A DNA stretch of 63,967 nucleotides, counting the filler, from Phoronis australis (Eukaryota > Animalia > Phoronida): the NCBI GenBank assembly GCA_002633005.1. It is 6 parts of 6 records of this genome, joined end to end, with 100 filler letters (N's around TTAATTAATTAA, not from the genome) between each part and the next. Parts side by side here need not be neighbours in the genome. Positions count along the whole stretch, not along the records: positions 1 to 30,109 come from NMRA01001229.1; positions 30,210 to 41,757 come from NMRA01000064.1; 4 more parts are not named here. One strand, written 5' to 3'. The translations under genes were made by a program, and so were the position numbers. This document shows, piece by piece, positions 25,487 to 36,900 of this stretch. Within the stretch, counting starts at the first letter, position 1; each line of letters begins with the position of its first letter. Under the pieces are notes generated by a model. The model saw only the letters and a program-made list of their open reading frames with translations. It had not been told where the DNA came from and made no database searches.

Positions 25487-26431
25487 NGCCTTGATGCAGC
25501 TTAGATGAAGAGAAATCTGCATAAATAACTAGTCAACTCTATGTTTCATACATGAGGCGGGATTCGAAATACCAGAAATAAGGATGCAGTGACAGTTGCT
25601 TGCAAAGAATGGATGTAACGTGGTCCAGAATGAGAACGACCGGATCTCGCGTTACCTCCTGCCAAACTTCTTTCAAATTAGGCGTGCTTAAAACAGTGAT
25701 TGCACCTTATTGCACACTCGAACGGAAATATTTAGTCGCAGAATGACTTGACGAAATTTTTTATCTCGTTGTAGTTTTGCGTGTTATTTAAGTTACCCAC
25801 ATGGAAACAGCCCACTATTTAGAAGGTCCACTACTCCTATGGCTCACTATTCTGAATGTTCAATACTTCGAAGGTTCACCGACAAATCCGGGGCTTCACT
25901 ACTCCGAAAATATCTAAAATTTCGGATTCATGTGTAATTTAGCCTATATACTTCTACATGCAAAATTAACGATACTTCGGTTATTAGATGCACCGAGTGG
26001 TGTACTTATACCGAAAACAACCCCTGTTTATTAAAACATTTTGTTTCAGTGGATTTCATGTGCATGCCCCGTCTTACGAATACAGAAAAGTGAGTACGTA
26101 CTTGCACTTTAAAATAATATGAAGTATTAATATTGATGAATTATCAACTTCGATACATTCAATGAATTAAGTTGTGTTTTTCTTATTACTACTTTCATTT
26201 TATAGGTTTGTGGTCTCAAGACCAATGGACCTTTATTCTAGACAGTGTTGAAATATACCTGATTACAGGCCCGTAGGAAAGCAAAAAATAATGGGGGGTG
26301 GGGCACAAACCATTTTGACGTCGCCAAATAACTCCCCCATCGCCACCATCTCCGCTACCTCCCCCCACTCTCGCCCCGTCCTTCAAATGCGACCATATTT
26401 GTACCGAATCTCCCACGTGGAGAGCCGGGCA

Positions 26432-26587
26432 CAGTGGCGGATTTAGGGGGCCAAGAGGCCATGACCCTCCGAAAATTCTCCCAGATTCCATTTGTCAGTT
26501 TGGAGGTGCCAATTTATGACTGGTAAAACCCTTGCTAATACTCTGTCCTGCCCCCCCTTCGAACTCAAAATCCTGGATCCGCCTGTG
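26432..26587 (+). mobile_element. hAT-like MITE nested in the 26266-29734 element
   Basis: CAGTGGCGGATTTAGG ... CCTGGATCCGCCTGTG; homologous to 1-136. Confidence 0.65.
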
Positions 26588-28769
26588 GAACGGCAATCCC
26601 GGGGATCCAGCCATAAGATTGAGTTGTGTAACCGTGAACCAATTCGAAAAGTAAGAATGGGCCAAGTACACCGGTAGCGAGGAGCTGCCTCAAGTAGCTA
26701 CAGCTGAGATATACTAGTGTGAAAATACGAAATTTTCGATGAACTAAAGCTAGGTGCTGGTCAGAACAACTATGATTCACTTGAGACAGGCAACTTAGCT
26801 CGTACCGGCCGTCTGCGCTCGTTCTAAGGTCAATATTCATTTTGTTGTGATCCAGTTTCGGAAAAACTGTATTTTATTATGGTCATTCTTCGAAAGAGTT
26901 TTTGTTTTTTGAAAAGGTGAGGCCCCAAAATCCCTGTGCCTTTGGGACTGTTTCAAAATCCCTATTTGAAACACGATCGGTAGTTCAGTTTCTGGTGGCT
27001 GAGGGAAAGCAATCAATTCAGTTTTGAAGGACAAAAATTCATTACTCAATACTACTAGAAACTAAAAACACCAACGAACTGTGAAGACAACCTTTCCAAG
27101 AAATGAGTTTAATTATATCTATTTGAGGATTTTAAAACGTTTTTTCTATCTACGGTTTGTGTGTACGAATTTCATCAATGTCTTTGAGAGTTATTTTTGA
27201 TATGCAAAAATCGTCTAAGTGTACTTTACTATTTGGGGATTGGATTGGCAGAGTTTTTCCAACTTCAGGCAGCAATTAAATTCACTGAATTATCACCAAT
27301 TCTTACAAGATTAGCTTCTAACTGTCAAAAATCACCTATGAATCTATCGATATTTGTAGATACATAAACAAGTAAATCAGAAACCAACGAATTTGTTTAT
27401 CAAACATAACGTAGAAAATATATCTGAAACTAAATAAGGCGATCCAGATCCTCCCAAGGATACTATTGTTTCATGAAATGGAGAATATAAATCGGTAAAT
27501 AAAACAACAAGAATGGATCAACTGAAATTTGAAATTTTCGGAGGTAACAACTTCCTTTATCAACAAAAACAGAAATAAAGTAAAATCAAACACAAAATGA
27601 CAATTGACATATAAGATATGGTGTAATGAAAATGATACATTTTTTGCGTAAAAACAGGAACGTTATGCGCAAATTTTGCAGGGTATTCGTATTAAGTTTT
27701 TTTCAGTGGTACCTATAACGGTTCACGATGGAAACTTGAATTTCACTGACAAAAAAAACGTTGAAATCTTTGTTTATGATTGTGAGATTTGTTTGAGTAC
27801 CCCTTTCGGCATGTACACGATCATCACAAATAGTAGCCTAGACAGCAATGTTTTCCACATGTGGGAATTCCTTACAAACAACTCATAGTGACCATGTTCA
27901 AAAGAGATTCTATTCTTGTGATACTACGGGAAACAGTAACATTATTTTATAACTAACCATCGGAAATAGTCCTTTTGTGTAATTCACAAGTAGTGGTTTT
28001 CACGTTCTTCAAAATTTACGTGAACAACCTCGTGGAAAACGTCTGTGCACATCAAAGTTGGGTGCAAAACATATAACAATTTATTTCAATTGAAACTGAA
28101 TTAATAAATGATCCAATGCATTTTTATGTCGTCTAGAGTAACTGTAAGCACTGTAGTTGATTTGTGTGGTCTTACGTCGGTCACAACTTTAGGGCCTCAT
28201 TCAAAATGGCCGGCGACATATACATGTGTATATATATTTGTGAAGGCTGATATATGTCCATGACATCACATGAACAGTTGCTATCGGACATTGGGTAGTA
28301 TGACCATCAGCTGCTTATTATGCTTATGTTCACACTTTAGGGTACTGGTGTCTAATTACAGAAATTCATTAGCAGTAATAGAATGGCTGCAGGACGGGAT
28401 TGAACTGGAACCTGGTACAACACTTCGGGGCGGCAGGTGGCACCAGTGGATTATTAATTAATTTGCGTTTGCCTGACTTACTTGAATGAATCTATGTAAT
28501 ATTTCTGATGCTAAAATGTTTAGTGCCAATCATTACGAATTGTTGTGATCATCGCTCACATATATCAGTCTGATTAGGATCGTTTTTGGTCAGTGACAAG
28601 AATTCGTATAAATTATTAGGGCTGATGAAAAAACTTAGATCTTATATTACACCTTTCGTTAATATAAATTCTTATCAACATCTTATAACATGTCATACCA
28701 TTCTTAGAAATAGTCGAAATTAATCTATTTTAAAGAGTCATTTGTAATAAATTTATCAAAAGTAATTCT

Positions 28770-28872
28770 TTGTGTACACCTGTCGTGCACGCGCAGACTT
28801 AGTGCTTGTGTGCACCTGTCTTGCACGCGCAGATATCGTCCCTGTGTACACTTGTCCTGCACGCGCAGATAT
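28770..28872. repeat. Three ~36-bp degenerate tandem repeats
   Basis: TGTGTACACCTGTC.TGCACGCGCAGA occurs three times. Confidence 0.75.
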
Positions 28873-30109
28873 ACATGTATATAGAGGGACAAAGAAAAAT
28901 TTACCCCGAACTACTCCACCGAGAGAGGGCACCGTCTGAAATGGGACACCTTAAGTTGAAAGGCTAAACATCATTAAGCTGGGAAAAAAGAGACAGTTCA
29001 TTTCACCGTCGTGTGGTCCCAAAACGATGCAGGGAGTGAACTCCTTCAAAATGAAATCACAATTTCACAAAAAACAGGAAAATAGAGGTAATCGACTCCA
29101 ACATTGGGCCCTCTCTCCGTGAGCGGCCCCGAAAGAATTTGTCAATAAAAACACAAAAAGGTGGCCACTTCAATGTCATAAATGGCCTCCTTCACGGACG
29201 AGGACTCCTAAATATGAAAAAACCTATATTTTCAAATATCAAGAAGTGCGCAACAATTGTTGTTATCTATCAGGTCATCAATTTTTCTCAAGCGATATAC
29301 AGTTTCGAGAAAAGAGTACATGTATAAAGCTAAGGTTGTCTCCGTTATCCCTTGCCAGAGAGGGGCTTCTAGAAAAATATAGTTTTGCATTCGCAAAATT
29401 GACTTACTGAATTTAAACATCTAGTAAATTAGTACGCTCAGCAAAAGCTTCGCTTTACAAATTTTCTCGATTTTTCGAAATACATGGGTGCGTTTAGACG
29501 ACCGGTGATGCAAAAGCGAAGACCATAACGACAGTGTCCTGGCCAGAGTCCTCAAAAGGTAATCCATGCACTGATGCAGGTTTGTTTAATGTTCTCTTGA
29601 ATTTTCTCTTATCCGTTTTTCGCAGTCTTTCTTTTTTTCGGCTGTCCCCGGCACCACGCCTATGTCGGTTGCCACGGTTTAATTTTTTGGGGGGCCCGTG
29701 CCCCTCCCGCCCCCCCCCGTTTCCTACGGCACTGGATTAGCAGGCATGAAAAAGTGTAAGGTAACTATATCGCCATGACCACGATTGGTGGGTGGCAGGG
29801 CTAGGATGGCAAGAAAAAAATCCCGAAAAAAACCTGCATTTTCAAAACAAAGTCTTTAATATTTGCATTCATAATAATTCTTAATTGCGCTAAAATGTAC
29901 TAAAACAGCGTTCATGTGTTGATTTGAAAATATTCTAGTTGCATTTCTTAACTCAAATATTTAAAAATTACAGAGAGTGCAATTAAGGTTGAGGAAAATG
30001 ATGAAATCATAGACTGAGGAACATGTTAAAATTGCTTGCAGAAAATGTTTTTCAAAGTTCTATGCAAAAGGGCTTGTTTGGAGATACGACTGTTGGAGTA
30101 ATCAAATGA

Positions 30110-30209
30110 NNNNNNNNNNNNNNNNNNNNNNNNNNNNNNNNNNNNNNNNNNNNTTAATTAATTAANNNNNNNNNNNNNNNNNNNNNNNNNNNNNNNNNNN
30201 NNNNNNNNN
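30110..30209. other. Artificial scaffold-joining spacer
   Basis: N44-TTAATTAATTAA-N44, which places stops in all six frames. Confidence 0.97.
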
Positions 30210-31571
30210 TGAAACAGAATTCCAACAAGCCGACTGATAATGACCCAGCTTTCCACACTTGAAACACCTGGGAGGAGGATTAGAAGATCTTCCCAGAGAT
30301 GAACTCGGTGAAACTCTTGGTGAAGATGGAGAAGGTCGCTTCGGCGACTGTGTCTGTAACATTGCAAACAACTTGTTAAAATTGTTTGATACTTCCCTCC
30401 GATTTTCTAAAAGGTCAGACTTTAACTCATCCATCTTCTTATGAAGCTTAGCATTGTCAGTCATAAGGAATGAAACCGACGCATCTAAGTCATTGCACCT
30501 ACCCTCAAGAACATCTAATCGAGACTCTAAGGAGCTACGAGGAATGAACTTAAGAGCTGGCTTCTTGGTTACTTGGCGAACAGCAACTTCATCTCCTTCC
30601 ATATTCCCTTCTCTACAAAAAGATACTGACTTCGGTGAATTGGAAGTAGCCATCAAGTCTTTGGTTGTTGAAAACCACCTAGCGGCATTCAAGGCAGCCA
30701 TGAGTGTACTTGGTCGACTGTTTATAGCCAACTGCGCAACCTCTCTATCCTGTAGACCTAAACAGAACCGAAGAACCGCCTGAGCTTTATCAGAGTCCCT
30801 CGCCTCTGGAAAGGCCAACAAGAATAAACTTGTAAGACGGTCAGCCCATTGTTCTAAGGACTCGTCAGAAGTCTGCTTGGCTGACTGGAACCTAAGTTGG
30901 TGCACTTCATTGCACTCGACATCTGCCCCAAAACGATAGGTCATATGATCCACAATTTGGTCGAAACTTGAGTGTGGATGAGCTTTAACATGGTTGAAAA
31001 ACCAACGAGAGGCATCACCTTCCAAGCACATGCCCAGCTCCGTTCTACATTTTTGACCTGACCAAAAATTGTCTCGGACAACATTACTGAATTTCCATAG
31101 AAAGTCCTCCCATGTACCTAACTTGCCACTAAAGATTAGGTTGCGTGGGAGACGTGACAGGTAATGAGTGCCAGAGCCAGAGGGCGTAGGTGACATGCTA
31201 GTATGCGAATGAGACTTTGCATAACCAACGCCACTACCAGTCTTTGACGACGGAGTCAGTTTAGCTGCCAACTTGGAAAATGAATAGTCAGGGCTAGAGG
31301 TAAGTATTGATGAGGTTTTCTTACCATATTCGTCACAAACCTTGACTACTTCCTCCAAATCTTCTGGCAGACCGCATGGGACTGTAAAGTCTATGGAATT
31401 CTGTACAGTCTTGGTTGGCTTCCAACTGGAATGTATCTTGCACACATTCTCCGGAGTAATAGCTAATATTGCTCTGAAGTCCATAACTGCAGCAGCAACA
31501 TCAGGAGTCATACCCGGAAGGTCCAACAGTGTTGTAGCGTCACAAGAATTGATAAGAATCTTGGACGTCAT
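30210..31571 (-). CDS. gag: Ty3/Gypsy Gag with an N-terminal helix-hairpin-helix-like domain, 3'-truncated by the contig end
   Basis: Uninterrupted frame of about 454 codons. HhH-like INSCDATTLLDLPGMTPDVAAAVMDFR; capsid motifs FSGK..WEDF..KF and CLEGDASRWF; MHR-like FQSAKQTSDESLEQWADRL; coiled coil; CCHC knuckle CFKCGKLGHYQSAC. Confidence 0.9.
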
Positions 31572-31867
31572 TATAAGGTGCCAAAAATAGGTGTGGCACT
31601 AGGGAAATAGTAAGTCTGCAAAGACTGAAATAGTAAATATCAATACCAAAAAAGATACTAATGGTTATTATATTTACTAGACAAAAATGAAAAATGAAGA
31701 ATGTAATAAGCGAAACAGCTGAACACCCGTGTTCAGTGACCTACCCGCTACGACACGGGTGGTACCGAGCGACAAGGAAAAACAAGTCCACGAAAGTTAT
31801 TTTGAACTACGCGCTTCTCGGTGTAAAGGTAGAAACTGCACGTAGCAACTACGCCAAATGTTGGGAA

Positions 31868-31990
31868 TTATACAGGAGCTGAAACAGTTTTGGATGGTGT
31901 TTCCTTACCGTAACTGTCAACCAACTCTACAACTTTAGCTAAATCTTCTGGCAGACCAGACGGGATGGAGAAGTCGATGTGTTTCTGCAT
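31868..31990 (-). CDS. 40-aa leader mini-ORF homologous to Gag residues 56-94
   Basis: MQKHIDFSIPSGLPEDLAKVVELVDSYGKETPSKTVSAPV*. The ATG overlaps the PBS end. It matches Gag VQNSIDFTVPCGLPEDLEEVVKVCDEYGKKTSSILTSSP at 21/39 positions without gaps. The homology is clear; translation is unproven. Confidence 0.6.
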   Translation of the reverse strand: MQKHIDFSIPSGLPEDLAKVVELVDSYGKETPSKTVSAPV

Positions 31991-32006
31991 CCTGCCAACT
32001 ACGCCA
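31989..32006 (-). promoter_or_regulatory. Primer-binding site (tRNA-Ser)
   Basis: TGGCGTAGTTGGCAGGAT lies 2 nt after the LTR end and is complementary to the tRNA-Ser 3' end ATCCTGCCGACTACGCCA (one G:U pair). Confidence 0.85.
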
Positions 32007-32008
32007 AA

Positions 32009-32423
32009 TGTTTTGACTTGATACACAGGTTCTCGTGCAGCTTACCTTTACTCATATGAAAGCTTGAATACACGCTTGAGTTGAAGACCCACAAACGCAG
32101 ACGTCCTGCGTGCAGCAGTGCCACACGAACAGAGAGCTCTCGATTCCCCAGTCACGTGACAAAACTAGAACTTACAACATCCGGCCACTGACGGAAACCC
32201 ACGGACGAACACGAACACACAAGACAATACGAAAGACGAGACCACACAAACCAACATTCACAACAATAGCAATTCTTCGGAAAAAGATTTTTTTTTCAAA
32301 AATATTACATGTACATGTACACAATATTACATGTACATGTACACTGTATGATACTGCGCAAGACAACTTTACTATACATCAGTTGCAAACGTGTGGAGTG
32401 TAATATAATGACACGGCATAACA
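32009..32423 (-). mobile_element. 5' LTR of the Gypsy element (415 bp)
   Basis: The minus strand runs TGTTATG ... CAAAACA (TG..CA with a short inverted repeat) and is immediately followed by the PBS. The 5' boundary is inferred from the inverted repeat only. Confidence 0.7.
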
Positions 32424-33026
32424 GATGAGGTNCATTATGAAAAATAAGAACTATACTACGAAAAATGCTAGAGTAACTAAAACCTATATGGCCGGATTTC
32501 CAAAAAAAAAGCTAAATACTTCACAAAAGTACGTGACTGGGGATACTTGAAAATTTGAAAAATACTAGTTACAAGGTACATATGGTCAAAAAAATTAAAC
32601 TTGTGACAAGAAGAATTTACTGTACTATATATTTAGAAAAAAAAAAACTATTAACATTTGGACCATATGAAGAAGTAATGAACACAGAACATATAGTGCA
32701 CAAAACAACATGCAACAGCAAGGTAGCACAGTAAGCTACTACAGAAAATTAACAGATGGTGGACAGAACATGAGGTCTGCTGGTTGCGTGACCTCACGGT
32801 TAATAATGAAACAAAAATCAGGATCTGCGGACTGTTTAGCGTAAATATTTAAAACATTTGGAGATGTTGTATTGTTATAAATAAAACAGCCATCAGGTTT
32901 CAGATCAAACTTTTCATTATCTGCACCATCTGAAGCAATAATGCCGGACAGACCGAAATCTGTCTCGTCAAGGTCACATGGAGAAAGTGACTGAGTAGCC
33001 AGTGTAGGGTTGGAGAATAAACAACC

Positions 33027-33800
33027 CTAGAAGGATACCGTATGCGGTGCAATTGTGGGCGCATTTCAACGCTCCGCGTTGCTCTTGTTATCTATAGAGT
33101 TGTCATGAGCGAAACTGTAGGGCTCAGTCAAACATATCTAGCCTTTTTTTACACCCACAAATGTGGTCGCATTTTGTTGTCATCCTGTGGTAGATATCTC
33201 AAAAGCTCCTGGTCGGATCTTGATGAAATTTGGTATAAGTGCGTGTGACACTACTGGAACAGTGCATGCCACTTTTGTGAGGGAAAGAATGTTTTCAGAT
33301 GATATCTAGAGAACGGATGGACGGATTGCAATGAAACTTGACACAGGGGTGTGTGATGACCAGTTGGTTTTCTGTTTGGATTCGACATGTGCAGCAATCT
33401 CTAGTGTAGCTGTCTTGGTTTTAACAAGGGAAATTTCTCAGTGTATAATTTCTCAGATAAAAGAGTTTATGGATGATGTCTAGAGAACTGATCAATGTAT
33501 TAACTTGGCACGGGTATTTGATGACAATTTGCAAGGACCAGCTAATTTGGATTCAACCACAGCAGCACCTCCTAGTGGCCATTTTGTCTGGTTCAGTCCA
33601 GTTATGTGCTCAATTTCTTAAAATTCCGTAATCATATTTTTATGATATTTGGCGCAAGGGTGTCAGAAATTGGGGGCCAGGGGTTGGGCTTTTCAGTATT
33701 TATGGAGCAGAGTGTTTCAGGATATCTAGAGAACTGATTGACAGATTTCATTGATCACAGGGATATGTGATGTCATTGCTCCAGTACTTGACGATTTTTT
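33027..33800. mobile_element. Helentron/HINE-like remnants with degenerate internal repeats
   Basis: Contains the terminal 29-mer shared with 417-445, and recurring GATATCTAGAGAAC...GGATT..AATGAAACTTG units at about 33203, 33301, 33475 and 33722. Confidence 0.5.
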
Positions 33801-33914
33801 GGGATGTTTTGACTTGTGGAGTATTCCATGCCTTGAGCAGCTGTCACTATACTGAAATATGTGCGTTTGTTGTTGATTGCTGATCTTCTTAAACTTCTTT
33901 TCTTCAGATTACAA

Positions 33915-36900
33915 ATGAGTACCCTGAAAACGGTTTCACCCAGTCGTTCTGTGAGAAAACAGCAGAAGATCTCATCTACGCCTGTGTCAGCTGTTAAACG
34001 TACAAAGGACGCATCTTTTGCCTCATCATCTGGAAAGGCAATAACGCCTGTTAATCAAAGTTTGGTAAGTACAACAGGCATCTTGTGTGAGGTGTAACAC
34101 GCATACCCTTCCTTCTTGTTGTCTTCATCCAGCTTCACCCTCCCTCTAGTAAGCATGCTGTATTATTTGACCTTCTAGTTGTCACCCTCCCTCTAGTATG
34201 CTCTGTAAATAAGTAATTATTGCTCAGCTCAGCTGTATTTTGCCCTTGTTAAGAAAGTGAATGTACTTTCGATGAATGATCTATAGTTACCTTTGAGATT
34301 ATCGTACTGCCAGCAGAAAGGAAAATGGTAGATTTATTATTTATCTCTTGCATTTCATTTTGGTATTCAAAACTGATGTGTGAGTATTTCAGCCAAGTTT
34401 CGAGAGATAAAGCACCAGGAGATTGGAAAAGAAAAATTTTCATTGAGTTTTTTCCTGATGTAAAGTTATCCGTGACATTGGGTTTCTATTTCTGGTTTTT
34501 ATGCATGAAAGCAACAGCTTATTTGGCCAAAAATGGGATCAAGCGTAGGATGTTTTTTTTTTTTTACTTAGAAAGTGACACTATTTAGCGGCACACAGTC
34601 TGTTTACCCAGAATTCTAATACCTCCATTTCACCATTACATTCTTCCGTAGGGTCTCACTTTGAAGACCCCTGGGTCACTGTTGAAGAGTGGCGTGGTTA
34701 GCAAGGTAAGGAAGGTAGTCACTGATGAAAAGCGCCCGGCCAAAAGACAGAAAAGAAACATTGAGGAGGATCAAGACTTTGAAGGTGTGCGCTGTGGTAT
34801 ATTTCATACTCTTCCCAACTATAGAATTTCTTGTCCGATTTTTTTCTATACCTGGAATTATCATACAAAATATGACATTTGACAATTTTGATTTTTTAAA
34901 TATGAGATTGTACAGAGCATTTGGGCTTTTGTGGTTAGAGGGAAATAAATGTGCAGGCTCAATAAAACATTTCATGACGTCTGCTCGTAAGGTTTGTGTA
35001 CATGGTCACGAATGCAGCTTCACATTTTCAAAGTTTCTAAATAGAATTTTCTTTGTAATTCAAAATAAAAAGTTGAAATCATTTGACCAGGTCCCTATTT
35101 AGTGATATATATGATTCATTGCTAGTTTAGTTTAGTTTTCTCCGTATATATACATATTAGTCTTTGACATTTGTTTCAGATATGACAGTTAACATGTGGC
35201 AGGGTACCAGACGACGTCTGCCAGGTCACTTGATGGACCTCGATATTTTGTTGAACGAGATAGAGGCAGAATGCTTTATGTTCAAGTAAATATTATTGCC
35301 GCCTTTTCTACCTTGAGATTATATGTCTGGGCGTCATCACCCCTTCTACAAAACTGCTTGAAGTATCTTCGCGAAATTTTGTAGACATGTTGCTGTGGTA
35401 AAATGTCACTAATTCCATTCCAAAATAATTGCCAATTTTGTTCTTTTTCATTTTCAAGGACTTCTAACATGGCTGTTGATGCCCACACTTTTTCAAAAAA
35501 ATTGTCTTATGGTAGCTAGCGTAAACATGGAAAAGCATTAATTTGGTGATACATATTCTTGAATTACCTTTTTACGTCACTTTTACCTTTTTGTGTCAAT
35601 ATCAACTTTTTGCATCTGCTTATGTTTATGTAACAACTACGTCCATTCTCTAGTGCGTGAAAATGTTTGAAATGTTAGCACTACTTATGTATTTGGCATT
35701 TGTAATGCTCTTGGATTGTTGAGTTATTGTTACAGTATCTTTTAATCATTGTTTTTTTTTCATTTTCCACCACAGACTTTATTGTGGTTTCTCAAAATCT
35801 TGAACTGAACCTGACGAAAAATGAACCGACTATTCACATATCTAGATGACAACATCTCAGAACTCCAACCAATAAAACGTACAGTTATTTCTATATTATT
35901 AGTGTTTTCAGTATTATCACTAAATATTTAGTTGGCACATGAATATATATCGCCTCTGACATTCCATAATAATTGCACAACAACCCACAAGCTCAAAAAA
36001 TTTGATGTTTGTGATATTCAATGACTTTTGTGTACTGCTGTATCTACATTTTAAGCTACGTAAAAAGATGACTTGTTGACTTCCCTTCTTGGGGTCATTT
36101 TCACTCACTTTCACATTATACAAACTTAAGTTTTGTATGACAGCTACCATTTTACAGAGTTTTGTATGACAGCTACCATTATACAAAGGTTTGTATGACA
36201 GCTACCATTATGCAAAGGTTTGTATGACAGCTACCATTATGCAAAGGTTTGTATGACAGCTACCATTATACAAAGTTTTGTATGACGGCTACCATTATAC
36301 AAAGTTTTGTATGACGGCTACCATTATACAAAGGTTTTTATGACGGCTACCATTATAAAAAGTTTTGTATGACGGCTACCATTATACAAAGTTCTGTATG
36401 ACGGCTACCATTATACAAAGTTTTGTATGACGGCTACCATTATACAAAGGTTTGTATGACGGCTACCATTATACAAAGTTTTGAAAATTGTGGGCATTCA
36501 CATCTTGGAAGTCCTTGAAAAATCAAAAAAGCATTCTTTTAAAATTATTTTTGTTCGAAATTAATGAAATTGTACAGAACTTATCTACAGCCATTAATTG
36601 TGGATGAAAATGTTTTTTGCTATATTTTTTTCATCGTCATACTTCTCTCAAATATTCATACAAACTTTTTTTGCAGAGAAAGGAGTCATCAAAAAGTTGT
36701 GCGTAATGCCATTGTGCATTTCTTTCGTAATGTGCAACGAGACATCACAAATTCAGTAAGTGCCATCAATTTGTGTTCAGTTAGTTGTACATCCGTTGTC
36801 TTCCAAACGCAGTACACGCCAAAAGTATTCAGACAGAATCACCCAGATTTCCCTGTCATGACGGCTGAGCGGAATTAACAGGAAAGTAAGACAGGTGTCT

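Larger units (their letters stand above)
26266..29734 (+). mobile_element. ~3.5-kb decayed hAT-like transposon with 5-bp TSD
   Basis: GATTA|CAGGCCCGTAGGAAA ... TTTCCTACGGCACTG|GATTA (13/15 TIR match). The interior has no long ORF, only faint hAT-like traces such as DTTG and VCAH. Confidence 0.65.

Noticed and set aside
30259-31590. Plus-strand ORFs overlapping gag
   Set aside because: They are antisense shadows with no recognisable motifs.
36128-36484. CRISPR-like 29-bp repeats (also 56043-56241)
   Set aside because: The units are contiguous with no unique spacers, there are no cas genes, and both arrays sit in eukaryotic introns.
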